This document shows, in pieces, positions 55,320-64,000 of a DNA stretch of 64,000 bases (the first letter of the stretch is position 1; each line of letters begins with the position of its first letter). The notes beneath the pieces were generated by a model, which saw nothing but the letters and a program-made list of their open reading frames with translations, made no database searches and was not told where the DNA came from. A program made the translations under genes and the position numbers. The stretch lies in contig OZ244560.1 in NCBI GenBank assembly GCA_965217655.1, positions 1,828,936-1,892,935 on the forward strand, given 5' to 3'. This DNA is from Candidatus Azotimanducaceae bacterium (lineage in GTDB: Bacteria > Pseudomonadota > Gammaproteobacteria > Pseudomonadales > Azotimanducaceae).

Positions 55320-57779
55320 TTACCACTGGTACTGGAGGCGCGCCGCGAAGTGGCGTGGCAACTCGGGCAGCACCACGACGCCACCGAAAAGATTCGGGAA
55401 GTTTGCCCGGAAGTAACGCTCGTCAGTCAGGTTCTTGGCTGTCGCGCTGACTACCCAGTTACCGCTTTCGAACACCAGACCGGCGTTGACCAGTGTATAC
55501 GCAGGCAAGACCACCGAACCGGAGAAGCCGGATGGTGTGGCAGTCACGTCTACGACGCTGGCGCTGGCGGCAAATCCGCGTCCAAAGTTGTAAGTACCTG
55601 TTATGGACCAGATTTTCTCAGGTATGCCGGCACGACGGGCTCCCTGGGTTCCAGGTCGAACCACTGACCCGATCAACCCACCGCCGTAGAACGATTCCGG
55701 CGGGATACCGGGCACATCGTCGGCGCCAATGAAACTGAACCGCTCACCTGCCTGCAATGTATTCAGGTTGACCACTTCGATGTGGGAATAACCCAGCGTC
55801 ACCAGCATCTGATCAGTCATCACCCACCGTAATTCAAACTCCATGCCTTGGGTACGACTGGCCTGGTTGGTAACAGTTTGTTGAGCTGAGTAGTCCGAGC
55901 GTTCCTGTTCGTAGGTAGCCAGTGCAAAATAAAGTTTGTCGTCGAGCATGCTACCCTTGATGCCAAATTCCAGCAGCGTGGAATCGTCGAACGCGGTGCC
56001 GTCGGCAATACTGGCCGTAGCGATCTCCGCACCCTGTCCGGCTATGATAGTCGCCTGCTGCGAAGCGGTGATGTAGGGAACCAATCCGGCAACTGCATAG
56101 CTCAAACTCAATGTCCATGAAACGCCGTCGACTTCGTCCGCTGACTGGGCATCAACGCAAGATGTATCCAGGCAGAGGTTATTGGCACTCGGCAACAGCA
56201 ACTTGTCCACCGGCTGGCGGCTTTCGAGCTCGATGGCGTCGTAGCGTACACCCGCCAGGATATTGATACGCCTCCAGTCCAGATCGACCAGCAGCGCGAT
56301 ACCAAAATCCACGGTTTTGCCAATGTAGTACTCGGTATAGTCGTCGTCGATTCGTGTCGACAGCAATCGCCGTGCCAGAGCACTAGGGGGTAAGGTGAGA
56401 TCCTGGCGGTCGAAATACTCGTTTGTGTAATCGTCACCATGACTGAATCTGGTCACGCGCAGCGAAGGCGATATCTGTACTGCGGCGCGCACATCGTCAA
56501 CATGGAACTCGTTGGCGATGACAAGCTTGTCTTCAAACACCCACGAATCGTGGAACTGGGAGAAGCCGTAGTCGTTCTCGTTCAGATTGTTGTAGGCCTC
56601 GTAGAACGCCTGGTTACGCCACTCCCATTGGCCGACAGTTGAGAGGATCGCATCGAAATACAGCGTTGTTACGTCATTCAGAAGAAGGTCATCCGGACCA
56701 ACCAGCACCAGATCGCCAGTAATCTGTGCGGCGCCAACGGATACCAGTGCGAGCAAGTCGGCATGACAATCGAAAACAGGCGTTGTGCCGATTGCGCAAG
56801 TATCGGGAAACGGCCCCCGGGGTTCCAGTGGCGATGTCCCACCCGGAACCAGACCGGCCGCGAATGGGTTGAAGTCTGTGAACCCGTCTCCATCAAGGTC
56901 GAATTCCGAATGTGAGATGTAACCGTCGCCATTAGCATCCAGGCCGCGGGGTAAACCGGTGATATATGTGCCGTGGTCCACCAGATCCTGCGTCAGCCGG
57001 TTCCAGCCGGCGATCTGATTTCCGGCAAAGTCGTGATACATGCCACCAAACTGAAATTGAACGTTACCGACATCAAGATCAAAAGAAATCTGCAGGAGTT
57101 TCTGCTCGACGTCGCTGTTGCGATAGTAGCTGCCAGAGTCCTCGACCAGTCCGTACAGCCAGTAGCCAAAATCCTGGTCGCCAATCTGTCCCGGTCCGCC
57201 CAGTTCCGCACTGACCACACGCCTGTCCCAGGAACCGATGTCAACGCCGATAGTACCCGTAGCCTCGGTTATGAACTCACCACTCTCTTCGATACGTGCA
57301 GACTTGGGATTGAAGTTTATATAGCCACCGATTTTGGATGGACCATGGATTGGCGATGCCGGCCCGCGCACAATGTCGACACGACTGGAGGCGCCTAACG
57401 GTGTTGGGTAGTTGCCCGGATTATCGAGCCTCCTCACACCGCGAAAGTACGTCTCCCCCGGGGTGCCCCGAATGTCCAGCGTGCCGGCGACGCCAAAAAA
57501 GGACTGCGTAAAGCTGCCCGGAGCCAGTGCTATCATCTCGTCGATATCGCGCACAATGAAGCGATCCATCATTTCCTCACTGACCGAAGAAGCCGAGCGT
57601 GGAGTTTCCAGGAGGGATTTGTTGAAACCGAACATGGAACGCACACCATCGTCTGGCAGACTGTCGAGATCGACGGTAACCACGATCTCCTCAATACTGC
57701 TGTCCTTGTCATCCTGCTCTGTCGCGTACAAAGGGGCAGCAACCGTTAAGACCGCAACGGCGAGTGTGAATCTGCGCAT
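55320..57779 (-). CDS. TonB-dependent outer-membrane receptor
   Basis: Signal peptide MRRFTLAVAVLTVAAPLYA, a plug domain (IEEIVVT...DIRGT...VDIVRGP), a long beta-barrel, and the C-terminal ...AARLQYQW. Confidence 0.88.
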   Translation of the reverse strand: MRRFTLAVAVLTVAAPLYATEQDDKDSSIEEIVVTVDLDSLPDDGVRSMFGFNKSLLETPRSASSVSEEMMDRFIVRDIDEMIALAPGSFTQSFFGVAGTLDIRGTPGETYFRGVRRLDNPGNYPTPLGASSRVDIVRGPASPIHGPSKIGGYINFNPKSARIEESGEFITEATGTIGVDIGSWDRRVVSAELGGPGQIGDQDFGYWLYGLVEDSGSYYRNSDVEQKLLQISFDLDVGNVQFQFGGMYHDFAGNQIAGWNRLTQDLVDHGTYITGLPRGLDANGDGYISHSEFDLDGDGFTDFNPFAAGLVPGGTSPLEPRGPFPDTCAIGTTPVFDCHADLLALVSVGAAQITGDLVLVGPDDLLLNDVTTLYFDAILSTVGQWEWRNQAFYEAYNNLNENDYGFSQFHDSWVFEDKLVIANEFHVDDVRAAVQISPSLRVTRFSHGDDYTNEYFDRQDLTLPPSALARRLLSTRIDDDYTEYYIGKTVDFGIALLVDLDWRRINILAGVRYDAIELESRQPVDKLLLPSANNLCLDTSCVDAQSADEVDGVSWTLSLSYAVAGLVPYITASQQATIIAGQGAEIATASIADGTAFDDSTLLEFGIKGSMLDDKLYFALATYEQERSDYSAQQTVTNQASRTQGMEFELRWVMTDQMLVTLGYSHIEVVNLNTLQAGERFSFIGADDVPGIPPESFYGGGLIGSVVRPGTQGARRAGIPEKIWSITGTYNFGRGFAASASVVDVTATPSGFSGSVVLPAYTLVNAGLVFESGNWVVSATAKNLTDERYFRANFPNLFGGVVVLPELPRHFAARLQYQW

Positions 57780-57986
57780 TTTACTGGTTAACTTCACTTC
57801 TTTCCTACCAGCCACCATAGACGAAAGAACTGCACAAGTCGCTCTTTCAATGCTTCATTTGGGTTACAGGGTCGGGATGCATCATAGCGAGTCTGCAATC
57901 CGGTACAGGCAGATACACTGTCGAATGTTGAATATAGATCCGGCATTTTCTGAACTTAAGTGATAAGTCGATTAGTCCTGCCCAGA

Positions 57987-58388
57987 TCAGGTATTGACAA
58001 ACTTCCGGCAGAGGAATAATCCCAGCCAGGCCATGGGAAGATAGGCGACAATGAGATCCAATGCGGTGAACCAGAAGGGCGCTGGTATCATGAAACCAAC
58101 CGCAATACCGCCGACGAGGAACAGCAAGCCAACCAGCCAGGCCGACCAGGCCCGGTGACTCATCATTACAGCAATCAGGGCGCCTGTTAATGTTCCCAAA
58201 GCATGGGCAAGAAATGGAAACACAAAATGCCTGGCCTCGAACAAATGTATTGATGCTGCCAGTGACGCCATGTCGGCAACATCAACCCCTGCTGGTGGCG
58301 GGATCAGCAACGGTCCAACCGTTACCAGCAACATGTTGACAATACTGCCGGCAATCAGCGCCACAACAATTGCCAGTACATTCCACAT
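57987..58388 (-). CDS. Small hypothetical membrane protein
   Basis: 4 TM helices. The ATG at 58388 (MWNVLAIVVAL) is preferred. Confidence 0.45.
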   Translation of the reverse strand: MWNVLAIVVALIAGSIVNMLLVTVGPLLIPPPAGVDVADMASLAASIHLFEARHFVFPFLAHALGTLTGALIAVMMSHRAWSAWLVGLLFLVGGIAVGFMIPAPFWFTALDLIVAYLPMAWLGLFLCRKFVNT

Positions 58389-58757
58389 ACTTGAAAAACT
58401 CCTTTGTAAATTACAACTCAGGCCTCTGTCCAACCGTTTTCAGTACCATTAAACAGCTCCTGATGGTAACCCAAAATTTTTTCTCTTCATAGGCCCTTTA
58501 ATCCAGCAAGTTATTGTCCAAAAGCGCAAACATACACACTCTTGGAAAATTCTGTGATCAACGCAAAGAAACGGGATTTCATAACCGAACCGATGCCCTG
58601 TTCGAGGATAAGAGAGATGTTATCAGCCCTTAACAGTGTAACCGTGGGCTGACGACACCGGGCTCGATTGAACTCTCCACGACATCGACCAACAGACTTG
58701 ATCGGCAACCGACTATTTCTTATTATCTGTGCTCTATCCCAACCGAGGTCATCAGCA

Positions 58758-61577
58758 ATGCATACGACTGCACTGAATACAAAGAACGATGAATTGGAAA
58801 CCGTCGGGGGAAAAGGCAGATCGCTGGCAAAACTGTCGAATGCAGGATTCAATGTACCGGGCGGATTTCAAGTAACGACTGCGGCTTACCGCAGCTTCGT
58901 TGCCGACAATCACCTGCAGGAAAAAATCGTATCGCTTGCCAAACCTGTCGTCGTAGATGGCCGGGTGTCTTTTGAGCAGGCATCACGCGACATTCAGGCC
59001 CTGTTTATGGACTATGAACCATCGACAGCGATCAGTGAAGAAATCAAAACGACCTACGCGACACTTAACGATTGTCCGGTTGCCGTCCGCTCCTCTGCCA
59101 ATGCTGAAGACCTGCCGGGTTTGTCATTTGCGGGACAACAGGAAACCTATCTCAACGTCAAGGGTGCGGATGAGGTCGTCGCTGCGGTAAGAAGGTGCTG
59201 GGCGTCCTTGTGGACCCCGCAGGCGATCAGTTATCGGCATCAAAACGGCATCGACCAGAACACCGTGGCAATGGCGGTCGTTGTCCAGATTATGGTGCCA
59301 TCAGCAGTATCCGGAATTTTATTCACGGCAAATCCGGCCACCGGGGAACGGGCTGAAATCATTATCAATGCAAGTTTCGGACTCGGGGAAGCGGTGGTCA
59401 GCGGACAGGTCACGCCTGACACTTACATCGTTGACAAAGCGACTTTAACCACCAGGGAGACCATCATCGGGCCAAAGGAACAGCAGATCGTGGCCGATGG
59501 TGATCAAGGTACCAAACTGACTGATGTCGCTACCGGGGACCGCGACCAGTCATCGTTGTCCGATGACATGCTGCAAGAACTCGCGGCAACCGCGGTAGAA
59601 ATCGAACGACTCTACGATGGTGTACCGCAGGACATCGAATGGGCGTTTTCTTATGCGAGCGGCGCCCCTTCGCGCACCTCTGCTGAACGTGAATACGAGT
59701 TGCTGTTGCTGCAGTCACGTCCGATAACAAACCTGCCGGTCCAACCCATCGAGGTCGTTTGGGAACCGACACCACCGGCAAAGATCCTGTATCGACGGCA
59801 GATCGTGGAGAATATGCCAGATCCGATATGCCCGCTGTTTGAGGAGTTATACCTGACAGAAGGTCTCGAGTCCGGTCGCACGGGCCCGAACGAGAGGGTG
59901 GGGGGTGGTCCGGGCTTCGTCACCTGCAACGGATACGCCTACAACCGGGCTGACCATCCCATGAACCATATGGACCCGAATCTGCCGGAAGAGGAGTTAA
60001 AGGCTGCCTTTCTGCGGACGGTCGACGAAATCTGGGAGCGATATGGAGACCTGTCCGACAAGCAGGAACACGACATGGCGCTGTTTCGCTCGGCGTTATC
60101 AACCGAAGAACAGGCGGCGTTCGACGCCGTTGCCGCCGCATACGAAGGTGACAACCTTGCCCATGATCTGACCCTGCCACCTTCCGAAAATCCCACCTAT
60201 GTCGCCAACAACATGACGCAGAACAACGACGCACGCTGGCGGACCTGGCAGGAGGAGGCCCTGCCGCGTCTGGTTGGGACTGCCCGGAAGTGGCAACAGG
60301 TGGACCTCAAAACTGCTAGCGATGAGAAATTGCTGGCGGGTATTCGCGAAATGGGGATCGAGGAAGGCTACTACTGGACCGGCAACACCAGCCACACCTT
60401 TGGCATCGCCAAATCCACCGATGACCAGTTCCAGTGCTTCCTGCATGAGAACCTGCCTGACGATCACTATATAAGCGGTCAGTTTCTCACCGGCCTGGAA
60501 TCGAAATCGATGCTGGCCAACGCCATATTGTTCGAGATCGCCAAACAGATTCGCGCCAGCGAGGAACTGACCTACCTCATTATCGTGACGCCAACGAAGT
60601 TTGTCCTGCAGGCATTACACGACCATCCGGAAGGTGCTCCCATCCTCCAGGCCCTGGACGAGTATTACGAGGTCTATGGGCATCAGGGCTACAGCCTTGA
60701 TTTCATCGAACCGACCCAGGCCGAAGATCCATCAGCGACGTTTGCGTCGTTGAAGTCCATGGTCCAGGATGCCGATTACGATCCGAAGAATCAGGATGCC
60801 CGCGCCACCGCCGTACGTGAGCAAAAGTTCAGCGAAGTGTCCGAAAAACTTGAGGGCCTCACCTACTGGCAGTTCCGGTATCGTTGGTGGTTTGCGCGCA
60901 AATACAATCACATTCGTGAGGAAACCGCTTTCTACTTCGGCTATACATGGTCTGTCCTGCGGCCCATGGCGTTTGAATTGGGCCGGCGACTGGTTGATGC
61001 GGGGACGTTCCTCGATCGCGAAGATACGTTTTTCCTGGTAACCGAAGAACTCACCAGGGCTATCGCGGCGCGCAAGGCCGGTACGAGTCTCCCGGAACTG
61101 GGCAGGCTTGCCGCGGAACGTCGTGAACTGCGGGAGGCACGCAAGCTGCTGCACCCTCCAGGCACCATTCCGGAGGAAGCAAGCAACCTACCGGGAGTCA
61201 GGTTCAAGGAAACCCAAATCAGGAACGACGAATCCGGCGCTTCACTCAACGGTTTCGCGGTCAGTTCCGGAAGAGTTACCGCACCTGCCAGCGTCATCCT
61301 TTCCCAAAACGATTTCGACAAGATGGCGCCAGGATCGATTCTGGTCGCACCCAATACCACACCTGCCTGGACGCAGCTCTTTGCGCACGCAGTCGGTCTG
61401 GTGACGGATATGGGCAGCATCCTCGCACACGGTTCCATCGTGGCACGCGAGTACGGCATTCCGGCGGTACTTGGCGTCGGTAACGGCACAGTACGTATAA
61501 AACATGGACAGATAATCGCCATCGACGGCGACGCGGGCACCGTCCAACTACATGACGAGGAGCAAACTATCGCTTGA
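58758..61577 (+). CDS. PEP-utilizing enzyme family protein (PPDK-N ATP-grasp plus swivel His domain; PEP synthase / rifampicin-phosphotransferase-like architecture)
   Basis: N-terminus VGGKGRSLAKLSNAGFNVPGGFQVT...VAVRSSANAEDLPGLSFAGQQETYLNV. C-terminus TDMGSILAHGSIVAREYGIPAVLGV (phospho-His loop). Confidence 0.82.
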   Translation: MHTTALNTKNDELETVGGKGRSLAKLSNAGFNVPGGFQVTTAAYRSFVADNHLQEKIVSLAKPVVVDGRVSFEQASRDIQALFMDYEPSTAISEEIKTTYATLNDCPVAVRSSANAEDLPGLSFAGQQETYLNVKGADEVVAAVRRCWASLWTPQAISYRHQNGIDQNTVAMAVVVQIMVPSAVSGILFTANPATGERAEIIINASFGLGEAVVSGQVTPDTYIVDKATLTTRETIIGPKEQQIVADGDQGTKLTDVATGDRDQSSLSDDMLQELAATAVEIERLYDGVPQDIEWAFSYASGAPSRTSAEREYELLLLQSRPITNLPVQPIEVVWEPTPPAKILYRRQIVENMPDPICPLFEELYLTEGLESGRTGPNERVGGGPGFVTCNGYAYNRADHPMNHMDPNLPEEELKAAFLRTVDEIWERYGDLSDKQEHDMALFRSALSTEEQAAFDAVAAAYEGDNLAHDLTLPPSENPTYVANNMTQNNDARWRTWQEEALPRLVGTARKWQQVDLKTASDEKLLAGIREMGIEEGYYWTGNTSHTFGIAKSTDDQFQCFLHENLPDDHYISGQFLTGLESKSMLANAILFEIAKQIRASEELTYLIIVTPTKFVLQALHDHPEGAPILQALDEYYEVYGHQGYSLDFIEPTQAEDPSATFASLKSMVQDADYDPKNQDARATAVREQKFSEVSEKLEGLTYWQFRYRWWFARKYNHIREETAFYFGYTWSVLRPMAFELGRRLVDAGTFLDREDTFFLVTEELTRAIAARKAGTSLPELGRLAAERRELREARKLLHPPGTIPEEASNLPGVRFKETQIRNDESGASLNGFAVSSGRVTAPASVILSQNDFDKMAPGSILVAPNTTPAWTQLFAHAVGLVTDMGSILAHGSIVAREYGIPAVLGVGNGTVRIKHGQIIAIDGDAGTVQLHDEEQTIA

Positions 61578-61732
61578 ACTTACGAAACATCCTGCTGTCA
61601 GCGGCGTTCGCTTGTGGAAATGATCGAATAGCGAGCCCCGTTTCAGAGACATTCCAGTGACCTTTCTCTACGATAATGCCTGCCAGTTCCAAAGCTGTGG
61701 CGCCGACATCCAGCATCGCAGTCGGCTCCTTT

Positions 61733-62833
61733 TTACTTAACCGACGTGGGTACTCTTCCCAGTTCGATGAGCGAATTACCGGTATCGCGCAATGTGTCCC
61801 TAGCACTGTAAGGCTTTAATCCGAGCTCATTAATCGCCTTGGCACAGCTGCCTCGGTTGCGTTGATCAGTCGGCTCCGGCCGATAGCCGCCACAGACATT
61901 GTGGTCGGGAAACAGTTCCTGCAGCGTGTCGAGAAACTCGTCGGCTGGCAGTTCGCCGGATTTGTCATGGGCCACCAGACAATATCGCGAGCCATTGGTG
62001 GCAACGTCGCTTTCCGCTGCCAGGCGCTGGGCTTGTGCAATGTCGCGTACATCGATGACGTTCCACAACGTGGTACCGCTTCTTTCCACCTCGCTTTCGC
62101 CCTTGAGCGCAAGGCCGAGGCGATGCTGAAACACCAACGGCGTGTCATGCGGAACACCGAGCAGCGGCCCAAAGACGTGCCAGGGGCATATGGAAATGAC
62201 ATCGATGCCGGTCTCGATGCCGAAGGCGTTACCGGCTTTCTCGGCATCCACCTTGCCCTTGGGGTATGCGCGCGTCTCACTTGTCCAGAGTGTTTTGCCA
62301 TCTTCGCCCATATGACGTTCCTCGAGGGTTTCGTAGCTGCCGCCTGACCAGTCGTCTTCTGTGTACACATAATTCAAAGGCCGATCGGGGGCGCCCGGTC
62401 CTAGCACGGCGGCCGTGGAGGACGTGTAAATCACCCGTTTCACGGTGCCGACTTTCCTGCACGATTCGAGGATAGCGATAGTCATGTCGACCAGACCCTC
62501 GTACAGTTTTTGGGGAGGCATGCGACCATAGGTGGCCGCGTCAGTACCGATATCCGCAGCAACGTGAAATACCACCGAACAACCGGCAAACGCTTCGTCG
62601 TATTCGCCATCCGCGGCTTTGTACAGATCGCAGGAGAAGAGCTTGACGCTGCCCGGGCCTTTTTTGTCGATATCCAGCAGGTAGGAGGTTTTATCCTCGC
62701 GGCTTGAGTCCCGCAGGCAGGCGTGCACGTCGTAGCCATGTTCGACGAGGTTCTTGACAACGTGTGAGCCGACGAAACCCGAGGCGCCGGTCACGGCAAC
62801 GGGGCCATCGGAGGGTCCTGAGATTGATGTCAT
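61733..62833 (-). CDS. NAD(P)-dependent extended SDR (epimerase/dehydratase or aldehyde/dihydroflavonol reductase-like)
   Basis: VTGASGFVGSHVVKNL Rossmann motif and YPKGKVDAE (YxxxK); 366 aa. Confidence 0.8.
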   Translation of the reverse strand: MTSISGPSDGPVAVTGASGFVGSHVVKNLVEHGYDVHACLRDSSREDKTSYLLDIDKKGPGSVKLFSCDLYKAADGEYDEAFAGCSVVFHVAADIGTDAATYGRMPPQKLYEGLVDMTIAILESCRKVGTVKRVIYTSSTAAVLGPGAPDRPLNYVYTEDDWSGGSYETLEERHMGEDGKTLWTSETRAYPKGKVDAEKAGNAFGIETGIDVISICPWHVFGPLLGVPHDTPLVFQHRLGLALKGESEVERSGTTLWNVIDVRDIAQAQRLAAESDVATNGSRYCLVAHDKSGELPADEFLDTLQELFPDHNVCGGYRPEPTDQRNRGSCAKAINELGLKPYSARDTLRDTGNSLIELGRVPTSVK

Positions 62834-62873
62834 GGTGTTTAATCCTTTTTAAATGATTGAGTCTACCGTAAAA

Positions 62874-62968
62874 AAAAGGGGCCAGGTTCACTTTTTAATG
62901 CAGCGAGCACATGGGGTGCATTGTGTTGCAGCGTCTCCCGAACGCAAAAAGTGAACCTGGCCCCTTTT
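62874..62968 (-). terminator. Long-stem intrinsic terminator after the right-hand PEP-utilizing paralog
   Basis: AAAAGGGGCCAGGTTCACTTTTT (62874-62896) pairs perfectly with AAAAAGTGAACCTGGCCCCTTTT (62946-62968). On the minus-strand RNA the stem is followed by a U8 run. Confidence 0.6.
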
Positions 62969-64000
62969 TTATTCCTCTTCATGGATGACAACTGTACCCG
63001 CATCGCCGTCAATGGTGATTGTCTGACCATGTTTTATCCGTACCGTACCGTTGCCGACGCCGAGTACCGCTGGGATGCCGTATTCGCGCGCCACAATGGA
63101 ACCGTGCGCCAGGATGCTACCCATGTCGGTAACGAGTCCAATGGTGTGAGCAAAAAGCTGCGTCCAGGCAGGCGTGGTGTTTGGGGCCACCAGAATCGAG
63201 CCGGGCGCCATCTTGTCGAAATCCGTTTGTGAAAGTATGACGCTCGCCGTTCCAGTTACCGCGCCCGAGCTTACGGCGAAACCGTTCAACGTATCGCTGG
63301 AATCATCGTTCTTGATCTGGGTTTCCTTGAATTTGACCGTGGGAATATTACTGGCTTCTTCGGGAATGGTACCGGGTGGATGGTGCAGCTTGCGCGCCTC
63401 GCGTAACTCGCGTCGCTGGGCAGCGAGAATACCCAGCTCGGGAAGCGCTTTGTTGTCTTTGCGCGCCTCAATAGCTCTGGTTAGCTCCCCGGTGACGAGA
63501 AAGAAGGTGTCTTCACGGTCGAGAAATGTACCCGCGTCTACCATACGCTGGCCAAGTTCGAATACCATCGGTCGCAATTCGGACCAGGTATAGCCGAAGT
63601 AGAACGCGGTTTCGTCTCTGATCTGGTTGTACTTGCGTGCAAACCACAGTCGATAGCGGAACTGCCAGTAGGCAAGCTCGGTAAGGATCTCGGAAACCTC
63701 CTGGTATTTCAGTTCGCGGGTCGCCGCAGCCCTGATTTCCTGATTTTTCGGATCGTAATCCGCATCCTGCACCATGGACTTTAACGTGGCAAGGAGAGCC
63801 GAAGGATCTTCTGCCTGGGTCGGCTCAATGAAATCCAGGCTGTAACCCTGGCGTCCGTAGACTGCCAGGTACTCGTCGATGGCCTCACATACCGGACTGC
63901 CGTTCGGGTGCTGCCGCAATTCCTCCATAAGAAACTTCGAAGGTGTCACGATGACGATATACGTCAGTTCATCATTGGCGCGAACCAGCTTGGCGATCTC
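62969..64000 (-). CDS. Second PEP-utilizing enzyme paralog, 3' portion (gene continues past the right edge)
   Basis: The C-terminal ~330 aa closely parallel gene 58758..61577 (same TDMGSILAHGSIVAREYGIPAVLGVGNGTVRIKHGQ). The ORF stays open to the window end. Confidence 0.85.
   Translation of the reverse strand, partial: EIAKLVRANDELTYIVIVTPSKFLMEELRQHPNGSPVCEAIDEYLAVYGRQGYSLDFIEPTQAEDPSALLATLKSMVQDADYDPKNQEIRAAATRELKYQEVSEILTELAYWQFRYRLWFARKYNQIRDETAFYFGYTWSELRPMVFELGQRMVDAGTFLDREDTFFLVTGELTRAIEARKDNKALPELGILAAQRRELREARKLHHPPGTIPEEASNIPTVKFKETQIKNDDSSDTLNGFAVSSGAVTGTASVILSQTDFDKMAPGSILVAPNTTPAWTQLFAHTIGLVTDMGSILAHGSIVAREYGIPAVLGVGNGTVRIKHGQTITIDGDAGTVVIHEEE

Noticed and set aside
57820-57986. 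Fur box upstream of the TonB-dependent receptor
   Set aside because: No convincing match to the GATAATGATAATCATTATC-type palindrome was seen in the 170-bp upstream region.

Overview
The window looks like a gammaproteobacterial chromosome segment, judged from synteny: glnA; ubiE-ubiB-hisIE-tatABC; hslVU-ftsN-priA; rpmE; and mrcA divergent from pilMNOPQ-aroKB. There are three parts. (1) 1-28.4 kb is conserved housekeeping core, peppered with short palindromic MITE/REP-like repeats and three tandem arrays. (2) About 28.5-47.1 kb is a mosaic accessory island. Its base composition changes visibly in blocks (judged by eye, not computed) and it is full of IS debris: an IS66 orf2 fragment, two IS21 IstB-type fragments, an apparently intact IS1634-family transposase gene, an internally deleted IS3 element and another transposase scrap. 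Its cargo is a divergent ProA-like reductase, a translationally coupled Ser/Thr-kinase + long TPR protein pair, a 576-aa protein with a HEPN-like Rx4H motif, an MmeI-like type IIL restriction-modification enzyme, an orphan Xre/ParS-type antitoxin, and an AT-rich pair of unknowns (a TM protein and a DUF488 fusion). I consider the kinase-TPR pair and the HEPN-like gene the best candidates for an undescribed defence or conflict system. (3) 47.1-64 kb carries metabolic and transport genes. It includes a minus-strand operon whose second gene reads through an in-frame TGA inside a UGSC motif, with a SECIS-like hairpin 9 nt downstream (a probable selenoprotein). It also holds a TonB-dependent receptor with an embedded canonical EF-hand loop, and two inverted PEP-utilizing-enzyme paralogs bracketing an SDR reductase. 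I saw no rRNA, tRNA or CRISPR array. All product calls come from motif recognition by eye; no searches were run.
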